This document shows positions 47,069 to 56,979 of a stretch of DNA of 64,000 nucleotides, piece by piece. The DNA lies in the NCBI GenBank assembly GCA_964482205.1, contig CAYZWI010000004.1:67913-131912 (forward strand), in the 5' to 3' direction. A model generated the notes under the pieces. The model did no database searches and had not been told where the DNA came from. It was given only the letters and a program-made list of their open reading frames with translations. This DNA comes from an uncultured bacterium (GTDB lineage: Bacteria > Eisenbacteria > RBG-16-71-46 > CAIMUX01 > WJJG01). Position 1 is the first letter of the stretch; every line of letters begins with the position of its first letter. The translations under genes and the position numbers were made by a program.

Positions 47069-49075
47069 TTGACGCGCGCCGGATTGGCAACCGCCTCCGC
47101 GCGCATCGATTGCCCTCTTGGCAACCGGCCCATCTCGCGTGCTATGCTCCGCCGCATGTCGTCTCTCATCGCGCACATCCTTCGCGGCGCCCGCAAGGGT
47201 CTGATCGCCGGCCTCGTCATCGGGGTCATCCACGCTTTTCTGCTGGCGAGCGGCGGGCTCTTCGCCATGTCGGGCCCGGGCATGATCGTCGCATCCATCG
47301 CCCGCTACGCGGCGCTGTTTGCGATCCTCTCGGGTCTCTTCGGCGCGGGAGTGAGTCTCCTCGCCCGCCTTCTCGACCGCTGGATTCCCGAGCGCACGCC
47401 GCTCGTCATGCCCGGTCTGGTCATGCTCTACCTCTATCCCTGGGTGGCGGTCTTCTTCCGGGAGCGATTCGGCATCGAAAGCAGCGCGACCGGGATCGCG
47501 GCCGTCGGCGTCATTCTCGTTCTTCTGTGCCTCGCCGTGATCGTCCTCGCGACCCGCGTCGTCTTCCATCTGCTCCATGCCGCGCCTCCGCCTAGCGAAC
47601 GCCATCGACAGCCGGATCTGCACGAGTTCCCCTCCGTCTTCAGCCTGTGCGTTTGGGCCGGCCTGGCCGTGATCCTCTATTTTCTGCCGGTCGCCTTCGG
47701 CCGGCCCGTGCATCCGGTGAAAGCCGCGCTTCTCGAAGGCCGGCTGCTCGATCCGCTGCGCGAACGCGCGATTTCCACCTGCGTCAACGGGCGGAGAAAC
47801 ATTCTCGTCATCACGGTCAACACGCTGCGCGCCGATCGCCTTTCCTGCTACGGCCACTTTCGCGAAACCTCTCCCGCGATCGACTGGCTCGCTCACAACG
47901 GCATGCGTTTCGAACATGCCTATTGCCCCCGCCCGCTCACCGGTCCGAGCATCGCAACGCTCTTCACCGGCCTGTATCCCAGCCAACATGGAGTGCAGCG
48001 TCCCGCGGCCATTCTTTCCGACGAGGCGCGCACGATGGCCGAGATCTTCAGCGAAGCGGGATGGGCGACCGCCGCCTTTGCGGGCAACGGATCGCTGGCG
48101 CAAGAGCTCGGCTTCCAGCAGGGATTCAACGAATACCACTGGAGTGACACGCCCGCGTGGGAACGCACGGATCGCGCGCTTCAATGGCTAGGGGCGAATG
48201 GAACGGGAGCCAACCCCTGGTTCATGTGGGTCCATTATGTGGATCCGCACATGCCTTATGCGCCCGGCCCGCCCTACGATGAGATGTTCGGGCGAGGACC
48301 AACGGAGACGAACACGCATCAGCGCATGCTCGACCTCTACGACGGCGAAGTGCGCTGCGCCGACGATCAGATCTTTCGTTTGCTCGACTGGCTGGTCGCG
48401 TCGGGGGTCAACGAGCGCACGATCGTGATTCTCGCCGGCGATCACGGCGAAAGCCTCGGCGAGCACGGAGTCTTCTACCGTCACGGTCTCGACCCCTACG
48501 AGCCGTCCGCACGGGTCCCGCTGATCTTCTACGCGCCGGCGATTGTTCCAGCCGATAGCGTTTGCGCGTCCGTGACGAGCCTGGCCGATGTGCTTCCTTC
48601 GGTGCTCGACGCGGCCGGCCTGTCCATCGCGCCCGAACTGGCGGGGCGCAGCCTGCTGCCGCTTCTGATCGGCATGACCGACATCGGCCCACGCGATTTC
48701 GTTGCCGTGGACGCGGGAGAAAACGACGAGCCCCGCGGCTACTCGCGCGCGCTGTGCCGAGCCAATTCCAAATATGTGCAGCGCCTCACAGGATGGGGGT
48801 TGCGTCCCAAAGGCTTGAAGGACATCTTGCGCTCCTACGACCGCTGCGCGAAAGGCACGCTGGGAAACGACGAGTACTACGATTTGCGCATCGATCCCCG
48901 GGAGAGCTTGAATCTCATTCGCACGCGTCAGAGCGCCGCGCGTCTCGATCGCCGGCTGCTCGAATCCTACTTCAACGAGATCCAGCGCAACCCGCGTCCC
49001 TGCCGGGTGCCCCGCGCGTCGGAACTGTCGCTCGAAACGCGGCAGTCTTTGCGCGACATGGGATATATCCGCTGA
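47069..49075 (+). CDS. Membrane-anchored sulfatase-like hydrolase/transferase (alkaline-phosphatase superfamily) with Thr at the nucleophile position
   Basis: An N-terminal 5-6 TM domain, then NILVITVNTLRADRLSCYGH..AYCPRPLTGPSIATLFTGLYPSQHGV. Sulfatases have C-x-P-x-R here. This protein has PLTGPSI at that position, which is phosphotransferase/LtaS-like. Confidence 0.7.
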   Translation: MTRAGLATASARIDCPLGNRPISRAMLRRMSSLIAHILRGARKGLIAGLVIGVIHAFLLASGGLFAMSGPGMIVASIARYAALFAILSGLFGAGVSLLARLLDRWIPERTPLVMPGLVMLYLYPWVAVFFRERFGIESSATGIAAVGVILVLLCLAVIVLATRVVFHLLHAAPPPSERHRQPDLHEFPSVFSLCVWAGLAVILYFLPVAFGRPVHPVKAALLEGRLLDPLRERAISTCVNGRRNILVITVNTLRADRLSCYGHFRETSPAIDWLAHNGMRFEHAYCPRPLTGPSIATLFTGLYPSQHGVQRPAAILSDEARTMAEIFSEAGWATAAFAGNGSLAQELGFQQGFNEYHWSDTPAWERTDRALQWLGANGTGANPWFMWVHYVDPHMPYAPGPPYDEMFGRGPTETNTHQRMLDLYDGEVRCADDQIFRLLDWLVASGVNERTIVILAGDHGESLGEHGVFYRHGLDPYEPSARVPLIFYAPAIVPADSVCASVTSLADVLPSVLDAAGLSIAPELAGRSLLPLLIGMTDIGPRDFVAVDAGENDEPRGYSRALCRANSKYVQRLTGWGLRPKGLKDILRSYDRCAKGTLGNDEYYDLRIDPRESLNLIRTRQSAARLDRRLLESYFNEIQRNPRPCRVPRASELSLETRQSLRDMGYIR

Positions 49076-49443
49076 CCGGATCCGACGTCACAAAATCTTG
49101 CCCCGCCTCTCCGTACACCAAGAGCACATTTCGGGAGCATTTCGATCTTGTTACTGAATCGCAGGCGCCTTCTTCCAGCGAAATGATGAGCGTTCTGTAT
49201 CCGTCCCTGCTGAAGCGAAGGTCGCTAAGCGCCAGAACCCTGAGGAAAACCGGGCGGCAGTTCATGGCAATCGCCTCCTTCTGAAGGCACGCGAATGCCT
49301 GAAAGCGGGGTTGAAGAAAAATACAGGCACGGAAATCGAAAGTGAAACAACAGGACCCAATGGAGGGCGTCGTTTGCCATCCGGAGCCACACGACATCCT
49401 TTTCGTTGCCGCATGACTGTGCCAATGGCAGTCTTCAGGCCCT

Positions 49444-49797
49444 TCACCTTTCCCGAGACATCCTCACGTTCTTCACGCAAACGGATCCGGCAACCGAATC
49501 GCAGATCGTTCCTCCGCCCGGCCCAACCTGGACGGAGCAGAACCCGGGCTTGCTGTATTCAATAGACGCTGGCAAGAAGAACCCGACAAACATGATGTAC
49601 ATGCCGCCTTCGTCCGTCGTGTCACGCACCGCCTGGCCGGCGCCCACGCTAGCCTCAACCTGCACTCCTGCCAACGCATCTCCCGAGGCACTCTCCGTGA
49701 CAATTCCTTGCACCCACCATTCGCTATCCGCATTGTCGGGAGCTCTCTTCTCAGCCGATTCACATCCGATGATCAATGACGCCAAGAGTCCGCACAT
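49444..49797 (-). CDS. Small lipoprotein with a carboxypeptidase-regulatory-like (CarboxypepD_reg) domain
   Basis: Lipobox LIIGC. GIVTESASGDALAGVQVEA..TTDEGGMY..IEYSKPGF. It lies in a low-GC (about 52%) patch. Confidence 0.45.
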   Translation of the reverse strand: MCGLLASLIIGCESAEKRAPDNADSEWWVQGIVTESASGDALAGVQVEASVGAGQAVRDTTDEGGMYIMFVGFFLPASIEYSKPGFCSVQVGPGGGTICDSVAGSVCVKNVRMSRER

Positions 49798-50118
49798 GCC
49801 ACACAAGCGACTGCACACCCGCACTCCCTTCGGTGACCGCTCACCTGACATGCAGCACTCTCCTCACTGGATGACGGCTATCCGCCCAGTTCCGATCCGG
49901 CGTCCATCCCGGTTCAAGGGCAATATACTCCGACACCCGATTCGGCGCCGTTGGAATTCATCTCCCGCATGGAAAGGCTGTGGCGGGGGTCGCAGAGCAG
50001 ATCGTAGAGGCACGTGCTCATTCCGCGGACGGGCTTGGAATCGCGCGGAGAACGCGCGTGAATGCGCCCGAAGACGGCAGATGGCGAGAAGGGCCGCGTG
50101 GCGCGTGTTCGCGCCCTC

Positions 50119-51360
50119 TTACGCGCGCGTGATCACGAAGGCGGAGACGGTCTTGTCGTTGCCTCCCATGCTGATCACGAGCCCGTAGGGCTTCGCTTCG
50201 GGAATGCGCAGCTGGAAACCCTCCGCCTTGCCGGTGAGCTGCTTCCAGTTGTCGATCGCCTGGCGGATGCCCGTTCCGCCGGTGTAGTGCCCGTAACCGA
50301 TCAGTCCGCCGGAGAGATTGAGCGGAAGCGCGCCGCCGGGACGCGTGCCGCCCGAGGTCACGAAATCGTAGCCTTCGCCGTGGCCGCAAATCCCCGTCGC
50401 CTCGGCCATGAGAACGCCGGTGATCGAGAAGCAATCGTGCACTTCGCCGAAAGCGAGATCCTTCGTCTGGATGCCGGCCATCGCGTAGGCCTTCGCCACC
50501 GCGGAACGGCTGGTCGCAAGCGTGGTCGGATCGGCGGGCAATTCGGTCAGGTTGGCGACCGATGTCCCCCAGCCCACGATCTCGGCCGCGTCCTTCTTCG
50601 CGATGCCGGCCTTCTTCAGCCCTTCCTCCGACATGACGAGCATCGCGGCCGCGCCGTCGGAAACCTTCGAGCAATCGGAGTAATTCAAGTGATCGACGAA
50701 CGCCTGGGGATTGGGAGGCGTGTTCCCCAGCGCGTGGAGATCCTCCACCGTGTTGTGATACTCCTGCGCCTGCGGGCAGCGCCGCGCGGCCTCGATCGCG
50801 TTCACGAACCACTGCGTCATCGCTCCGCGCACCTTGGCCGCACCGTACTTCTGCGCGGCCGCGCCGGCGCGATCCGAGAAGAACGCGGGGAAGAAGTAGG
50901 CGTGTCCGTTCTTGCGCTGCGAGGCGTAATGGCCCGCTCCCGCCAGAATGTCCGCGCCGTAGATCGCCTTCACCGTGTTCTGCACTTCGGTGCCCAGCAC
51001 GAGCACCACATCGGCGAGATCCGCGAGCACGCTCTTCATGCCCGTCATCACCGCGAGACCGCCCGAACCGCAGGCGCCTTCCACCCGCACGCTCGGCTTG
51101 TACTCGAGGGAGGGATGAATGGTGGGCATCAGCGCTGCCAGGTTGCCCTGGCGATTGAAGCGCGCGGCCATGAAGTTGCTGATCACGCACTCATCGATGA
51201 TATTGGGATCGGGGATCTGGGCGAGGACTCCGCGGCCCGCTTCCTGAATGTAGGTCTCCAGTCCCGGCCGGGGCTTGCGCGGATCGAATTCCTTGCGGCC
51301 CGTTCCCAACGAAATCGTGTAGCTGCCCGCGCCGATGTAGATCTTCTTCCTGAGCTTCAT
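50119..51360 (-). CDS. Thiolase-family protein (SCP-x/DUF35-associated type acetyl-CoA acetyltransferase-like)
   Basis: MKLRKKIYIGAGSYTISLGTGRKEF..EGACGSGG..CGHGEGY.. thiolase fold. Confidence 0.75.
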   Translation of the reverse strand: MKLRKKIYIGAGSYTISLGTGRKEFDPRKPRPGLETYIQEAGRGVLAQIPDPNIIDECVISNFMAARFNRQGNLAALMPTIHPSLEYKPSVRVEGACGSGGLAVMTGMKSVLADLADVVLVLGTEVQNTVKAIYGADILAGAGHYASQRKNGHAYFFPAFFSDRAGAAAQKYGAAKVRGAMTQWFVNAIEAARRCPQAQEYHNTVEDLHALGNTPPNPQAFVDHLNYSDCSKVSDGAAAMLVMSEEGLKKAGIAKKDAAEIVGWGTSVANLTELPADPTTLATSRSAVAKAYAMAGIQTKDLAFGEVHDCFSITGVLMAEATGICGHGEGYDFVTSGGTRPGGALPLNLSGGLIGYGHYTGGTGIRQAIDNWKQLTGKAEGFQLRIPEAKPYGLVISMGGNDKTVSAFVITRA

Positions 51361-51430
51361 GCTTCGAACCTCCCCTCCGCATTCCATCGCAATCGCCCGG
51401 CGTCCATCGCAATTGCCCGGCCAGGGCGGG

Positions 51431-52768
51431 CTAGATGTATTCGTTGATCGGCCCGTACAAGTGAAAGAACCCATTCAGGAGCACGCCGTTCACATCCTCG
51501 GGCTTGGCCGCCACTCCGCTCTTCAACAGATGCGTGCCGATCTCCTTCGAACGCTTCAAGTACTCGGCCGCGAGCTTGCATCCGGTCGTCTGGCCGGCCG
51601 TGAGATGGGCGAAGTACTCCTTCAGCTTCCGGTCCTTCTCGGCATCGCGGCTCAGGACCTTCCAGGGCGCGTGAGACGCCGGCAGCGCGCCGAGCGCGCG
51701 ATCGAACGGCTCCACCCAGGCGGGCTCGAGCGCCTGATAGGCGCGCTTCTCGAAATCGTAGACGGCCACCGGCTTGCCTTTCTCGTAACGGAAGAAGCCG
51801 TCCTTCTGGCTGCCGTCGGGGTTCTGGCCGCCGCGCACGCCGCGATTCATCAGCTCGTCGATGAGGTCGCTGTGCAGGTCTTCGGGAACGATGAAGCGAT
51901 CCATCACGCCCAGAATGCACTGGAAAACATCGACGCCGACATAGTCGATCAGCTGGAAGATGCCCATCGGGCGGATCATCCAGTCCTGTGTGATCCGGTT
52001 CACCATGTAGATCGCGCCCGGGAAGCCGTGCTCCTTCGTCAAGCGCTCGGCCAGGGCGATGCCGTGCAGCCCATCGCGAATGAAGTGGCCGTTGCCGATG
52101 AAGCCCGCGATGTCGTTGGCCGGGATGATCGTCTTCTTCAAGTCCTTCGCGACCTGTTTCGCGTCCGCGACGACCTGGGGCTGCGTTTCGGGGGCGGTAA
52201 TGAGCTCGAGCAGCTTCTGCACCGCGGGGGGATTGTAGAAGTGGAAGCCGACCATGCGCCCGCCCAGCCCCGCTTCCTTGTCGAGCAGATGAATGGGAAT
52301 CGAGGAGGTGTTGGTGAAGAAGTAGGCGCCGGGATCCACCAGATCCTTCAGCTTGCGGTAGATCTTGACCTTGAGATCGATGTTCTCGGCGATCGCCTCG
52401 AACACCATCCGGCAACCCGCGAGGCTCTCGAGGCAAGTGCTGTAACGGGCGAGATCGAGCGCTTCATCGATGAAGTTGTTGATGATCTCGCCGTTCTCGA
52501 CGAGATCCTGCCGGTCGGCGTAGAGCGCGCGGATCTGCACCATGCTCTTTTCCGCGAAGCGGAGCATCTGGCCGCGCAAGTAGCCCTTCAGACCATCGAG
52601 CGCCGTGTCGCTCACATCCATGAGGACCAGCCGGAACGGCTGCTTGCGGCCCTCGGGCGCGACTTTGCGGAGCACCATCTCCTGGGTCAGCAGCAAGGCG
52701 ATGCCGCTGCCCATCTTGCCCCCTGCCCCCAGGATCCCGACATGCTGGTACCGTTGCGCGAGGTCCAT
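51431..52768 (-). CDS. 3-hydroxyacyl-CoA dehydrogenase family protein
   Basis: VGILGAGGKMGSGIA Rossmann motif, ..FHFYNPP.., and a C-terminal 3HCDH-like domain. Confidence 0.8.
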   Translation of the reverse strand: MDLAQRYQHVGILGAGGKMGSGIALLLTQEMVLRKVAPEGRKQPFRLVLMDVSDTALDGLKGYLRGQMLRFAEKSMVQIRALYADRQDLVENGEIINNFIDEALDLARYSTCLESLAGCRMVFEAIAENIDLKVKIYRKLKDLVDPGAYFFTNTSSIPIHLLDKEAGLGGRMVGFHFYNPPAVQKLLELITAPETQPQVVADAKQVAKDLKKTIIPANDIAGFIGNGHFIRDGLHGIALAERLTKEHGFPGAIYMVNRITQDWMIRPMGIFQLIDYVGVDVFQCILGVMDRFIVPEDLHSDLIDELMNRGVRGGQNPDGSQKDGFFRYEKGKPVAVYDFEKRAYQALEPAWVEPFDRALGALPASHAPWKVLSRDAEKDRKLKEYFAHLTAGQTTGCKLAAEYLKRSKEIGTHLLKSGVAAKPEDVNGVLLNGFFHLYGPINEYI

Positions 52769-53086
52769 TTCGCCATTCCCTCCCATGCTTTCCCGCCTGC
52801 TTCCCATCCGCTCGCCCGCGATCCGCCGGCTCCGTGTCCGCACTCCCCGTCGTCATACCTGGGCACTGGATTTAGGCCCGGGTAAACCCTCCGCCGGGCA
52901 GGCGCCTCGGGAAGATCGAGAACTTTAGCACAGCCGCAGAGTCGCCGGAAGATGACGAATCGAGCGGGGAACGCGTCCTTCGGAACCCCGGCCTGAAAGA
53001 TAGGGTTCGTATTTCCTCCGGCCGGCCTTTAGGATTCTCTCGGTAATCGTCCGAGTCGTATGGTGGAAGCGAAGGAGAACGAAACC

Positions 53087-53281
53087 ATGCCCCTCTATCA
53101 ATACTGTTGCCGCAAGTGCGGCTCACCTTTCGAGGCACTGCTGCCCGTCGCGGAACGCGACCAGGAAGAGAAGAAGCTCGCCTGCCCTTGCTGCGGCGCC
53201 ACCAATCCGACCCGCCAGATCTCCAGGTTCTCCGCCGCAGCGGAGAGCAAAGAGCATCGCTGCGCTCCTCGCCGGGGTTGA
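53087..53281 (+). CDS. FmdB-family zinc-ribbon protein
   Basis: MPLYQYCCRKCGSPFEAL..CPCCGAT. Confidence 0.7.
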   Translation: MPLYQYCCRKCGSPFEALLPVAERDQEEKKLACPCCGATNPTRQISRFSAAAESKEHRCAPRRG

Positions 53282-53673
53282 GGAGTCTGATGCGGGAGCC
53301 GTGAGCTCCCCTGCACGCCGTTCGATTCCACGCCAGAAGTCTTCGAAGGCCGCGGAGCGACTTGTCCGCTTCGCTCCGCAGCCTTCCGTTGCCTCGTTTC
53401 CGGTATCCGATCCGGATCGCATCCGCCGCCGCGTCGCGGCACCCCTCGCCACGCAACATCCAGGTGCCCGAGCCGGCCTCGTCCCAGACATCGGAAAGCA
53501 TGATGGCGCATGGGTACGCCCGCCATAACCGGCTTCTCGCTGAAGGGACGCTGGGAGAAGGCTCGAATGACAGCGCGAGAATCCGCCGAATCAATTTCGC
53601 CCGCTGTGGCTCTGAGTGGTATACTTCTTCCGGTTTCCTCGGCGAATTCGCCCGGCCGATCGCGCCGGACCCC

Positions 53674-54414
53674 ATGACCTTTCATCCGAGGAGGATTCCT
53701 GCCATGCGTCCGCTTGCCTGTCTGGCCGATGCCTCATCCAGAATCATTTTCACGTTCACTCTTGCGCTGACACTCTTTCTCGTGCTCGCGCCCTCATCCT
53801 TCGGCGCCGGTTCGAGCCCTGATGTCGCCCGCTTCCGCAACCCTGCCACAGACGAGGAGCCTTGCGCCATCTGCCCTCCCGGTGGAGTGGCGGAGGGAGA
53901 GCCGCCCTGCATGGACGACTACGTCGACGAGTACAACAGCGGATGCTGCTGCTTGGAGATGAATTGGACTCCGATCATCCCGGTGACGGAAGGCTGCGCG
54001 ACCATGTGCGGGCGAAGCTGCACTTTCCTGCATCACGGCCTCAGCTATCGCGACACCGATTGGTTCGCGTGCGAGGCCGCAGGAGGTCCGGTCACGGTCG
54101 AATGCCAGGCGGATTTCCCCGTCGAGATGCTCCTCTTCGATCCCGCGGATTGTGATTCGCTGATCTTCGATCATGTTGTGATTGGTGAGCGCTGCGAAAC
54201 CGTTCAACTCACGCATTCGATGCCCGCAAACTCCACTTTCTGGATCTGGGTGGGGCCATCGGAGTTCAACGGAATTCCCGAGCGGCCCTACCTGCTCAAT
54301 GTCTGCGGAATCACAGGGAGCGCGGCCACGATTCAGGATCCCGTGGAATCGGACGATTTCGAGAAGACCACCTGGGGGCGGCTCAAGAAGGCGTTCGGAA
54401 CCGGCAATCGGTAG
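53674..54414 (+). CDS. Secreted Cys-rich hypothetical protein ending in ..EKTTWGRLKKAFGTGNR
   Basis: Signal peptide MRPLACLADASSRIIFTFTLALTLFLVLAPSSFGAG. About 18 Cys residues. Its C-terminal motif is shared with the two beta-helix proteins. Confidence 0.55.
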   Translation: MTFHPRRIPAMRPLACLADASSRIIFTFTLALTLFLVLAPSSFGAGSSPDVARFRNPATDEEPCAICPPGGVAEGEPPCMDDYVDEYNSGCCCLEMNWTPIIPVTEGCATMCGRSCTFLHHGLSYRDTDWFACEAAGGPVTVECQADFPVEMLLFDPADCDSLIFDHVVIGERCETVQLTHSMPANSTFWIWVGPSEFNGIPERPYLLNVCGITGSAATIQDPVESDDFEKTTWGRLKKAFGTGNR

Positions 54415-54555
54415 CGCGAAACGAGCCGAGCTTGCGCGATCGTCCGGCATCAGCGGCGCCGCGAAGCGGCCGCCGCTGAATGCCTTTGTTGGATGGAGCA
54501 ATGGCTCGGCAGCAGATGCCCGGGATCGGCCCGGGCAAGAAATGGCGTACGCGGG

Positions 54556-54777
54556 CTACTTGAGAGGTACAAGATCCCTTTCGGCACCGTCTGAAGTGCA
54601 GGGGAGCACGAATACTAGAGTGCCTGACGGTGTGGTCGGGAGAGATTCGATGAGGGATTTTCCAAAGCGGGAAACAGCGCTCACAGCGTAGCTGCTGTAA
54701 TCGTGCTCGAATGGCGTCGGCCGGTACAGAAGGTCCTGCTCCTCGGCGTCGCTCAATGTCAGCATTCTCAGCGTCAT
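54556..54777 (-). CDS. Small hypothetical ORF (73 aa) downstream of the SDH protease in the low-GC islet
   Basis: ORF only. Its codon usage fits the islet. Confidence 0.2.
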   Translation of the reverse strand: MTLRMLTLSDAEEQDLLYRPTPFEHDYSSYAVSAVSRFGKSLIESLPTTPSGTLVFVLPCTSDGAERDLVPLK

Positions 54778-54827
54778 TTGCGTGTCTCCTACTATAGCAA
54801 AGCGGAGCGCCCAAGACGACCACTTTC

Positions 54828-56015
54828 CTATACCCCATTATCGGCCGGTCGCTCACCCGGCTGAACCTGTTCTGGGACTGGGAGATCCACCGATCTCCAC
54901 CCTGCTTGGTGGTCGGTGACCGCAACATGGATTTCGCCGCCGCCGGCTCTGGCGGCCGTAACTGCCCCCTCGGTAATGCATTCTGAGGCAAGGCTTCGAC
55001 TCTCAACGACGGCGTTGACCAAGCGGTACTCGACTTCCAATTGAGGCTTCTCCAAATCCTCGATTGCCTTCTTTGCGACGGCCTTCCAAATGTTCTCCGC
55101 CAATGCAGGTGGCGTATTGGCCGGTAGCACGACCGGTGCCTTAGGCCGAATCTGTTCCCGGGCATTCTGATTGGCAAGATAGTGCTGGAGGGGATTGAAG
55201 GGAGAACGAAGCTCCATGTAATCCTCCAAAAGCAGGTACGCGGACCAGATCAGCCCCTCAAGGATCGGGTCGTCCTTTGCGATCCTCAGTTGCTGCTTGC
55301 GTGCCTGACTGCGAGAGAGCGCGTCGCCGTGCGAATAGAAACTCTTATTGAGATTGCGAGCGATCTCCGTAGCGCGCAAACGCTCTTCGGCGCTGGTCAT
55401 GTGTGTTGCCAGGAGTCTCTCGCCCACAGCGGTTGCAAGTTCACTCGCCCGTTTCGCAGCTCCAACGATCAGTGGATCCACTGCCGTAAATAACTTGTCG
55501 ATTACAGCAGACTTGTGCGCTTGTTCAGTGATTGCGACCTCAGATTCAAGGAAACGAAGAAAGGCGCCCACATCCTCGAAAGAGAACCGTCGTCGGGTTC
55601 CATCCTGACGGGTAACGGTAATCTGAGGGTCAATCGGGCCCAGTGACGCATATGGATGCATGAAGATCTCATCCGCCCCCAAAGCGAAAATCGTGGCGGC
55701 GCTGAACGCCATGTACGGTACAAGTACCGACACAGTCTTAAATCTCTCGCGCAGGATCGACATCAGTTTCCAGGCAGCAAGTGCATCGCCTCCAGTGCTA
55801 TGTATGAGAACATCGACGCTCTTGGGTTCTCCTCCGGCCTCGGCAAATGCAGGCAATCTTCGAATGGCGTCAATCTGGTCCGCAAATACCCTGACGGCAT
55901 CAGCGGCCATCATTCCTCGCACATTCTCGCGGGTGCTAGTCACATATACGATAAGCGGCCGCCTTCTGTGCAGTTCGATCTTCTCGTAAGCAGCAAGGCG
56001 ATCGGCTAAGTTCAT
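54828..56015 (-). CDS. SDH-family Clp-fold serine proteinase (S49/ClpP-like)
   Basis: VLIHSTGGDALAAWKLMSILRERFKTVSVLVPYMAFSAATIFALGADEIFMHPYASLGPIDPQ. GC is about 54%, against about 68% in the surroundings. Confidence 0.7.
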   Translation of the reverse strand: MNLADRLAAYEKIELHRRRPLIVYVTSTRENVRGMMAADAVRVFADQIDAIRRLPAFAEAGGEPKSVDVLIHSTGGDALAAWKLMSILRERFKTVSVLVPYMAFSAATIFALGADEIFMHPYASLGPIDPQITVTRQDGTRRRFSFEDVGAFLRFLESEVAITEQAHKSAVIDKLFTAVDPLIVGAAKRASELATAVGERLLATHMTSAEERLRATEIARNLNKSFYSHGDALSRSQARKQQLRIAKDDPILEGLIWSAYLLLEDYMELRSPFNPLQHYLANQNAREQIRPKAPVVLPANTPPALAENIWKAVAKKAIEDLEKPQLEVEYRLVNAVVESRSLASECITEGAVTAARAGGGEIHVAVTDHQAGWRSVDLPVPEQVQPGERPADNGV

Positions 56016-56114
56016 TGCGGTCCCCTCCCATTCATCGGAAGAACATGCTGTGCTCGCAGGCTGGGCGTCAATAGGCAATTACTCCATCCAACAGAGGATT
56101 TTGCAGGCCAGACA

Positions 56115-56675
56115 TCAAGATTTCGCCCGGGGTTCGGCGCCGCTTTCGGCCCAGGCTTGGAGCATACGCCGGTACTTCTCGTGGATCATCCGTCCGTCGA
56201 AGGAAGCCATCTGCTTGAGCAGGGCCTCGTTCTCCTCTTTGTCGAAGTAGCCAGCCGCCTGCGGGAAGAAGACCTTGTCTTCTTTCTTGATGTGCGGCGG
56301 ATAAAAGCCGGCGAGCTCCTCCAGTCCGCTCAAGATCGCCTCGCGGGAAGCAAGGTCCCCGCCTCGGTACCGGCGCAACGCCTCGGCCACGCGATTCACC
56401 ATGCGCCGCCCCTCACGATGCTCTTCGATCAGCTCCTGCATCAACCGGCGATGCTCGGGCGACAGGTCCTTGCGGCTCAAGTCGCGAAAGTAGAGATCCT
56501 CTTCCTTGCCGTGGTGCGTGCGGTCGGCATAGGTGCGGATGAAGTCGATCGCCTCCTCCACGAAGGCGGGATCGATCTTCTCCTGCCGGCGATCGCGCCC
56601 GATCGTTTCCTGGATGGCCGCGATCACCTGCTCAATCAGACGGTGTTCGATCATCAGCGGACCCATCGGTAGCAT
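56115..56675 (-). CDS. Hemerythrin HHE cation-binding domain protein
   Basis: MLPMGPLMIEHRLIEQ..HHGKEEDLYFRD..EEHREGRRMV. Confidence 0.7.
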   Translation of the reverse strand: MLPMGPLMIEHRLIEQVIAAIQETIGRDRRQEKIDPAFVEEAIDFIRTYADRTHHGKEEDLYFRDLSRKDLSPEHRRLMQELIEEHREGRRMVNRVAEALRRYRGGDLASREAILSGLEELAGFYPPHIKKEDKVFFPQAAGYFDKEENEALLKQMASFDGRMIHEKYRRMLQAWAESGAEPRAKS

Positions 56676-56979
56676 GATGCCTCCTGATTGATAAGGGTAC
56701 TGGCCCGATTCCTTCATCTCCGCATGCCGGTCGCCCGGCAACGAGGCCAGACGAAGACAGCAGCAGCGCACAGCCCTCAGGCGACGCTCCATCCTACCGG
56801 TGCATGAAGCCATGGAGGTATCGGAGGATCCGACCGGCTTCGCTGAGGAGACTCCCGATGAAGCTCGAGACACTCGCGGGCGGATCGCGCGTCCCTGGGT
56901 TCCATACACTCACCTTGTCTTGGTGAGCCCATTGGCGAGGGCGGCCGTTGTCTTGAGGCCTACAAAGACCCCGAACATT

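Noticed and set aside
46169-48184. The 671 aa minus-strand ORF
   Set aside because: It is antisense to the DUF5658-like and sulfatase-like genes and is compositionally biased.
54420-54830. Possible tRNA or integration site flanking the low-GC islet
   Set aside because: I searched both strands for the GTTCGA/TTCGAATCC T-loop and CCA-end patterns. No convincing cloverleaf was found.
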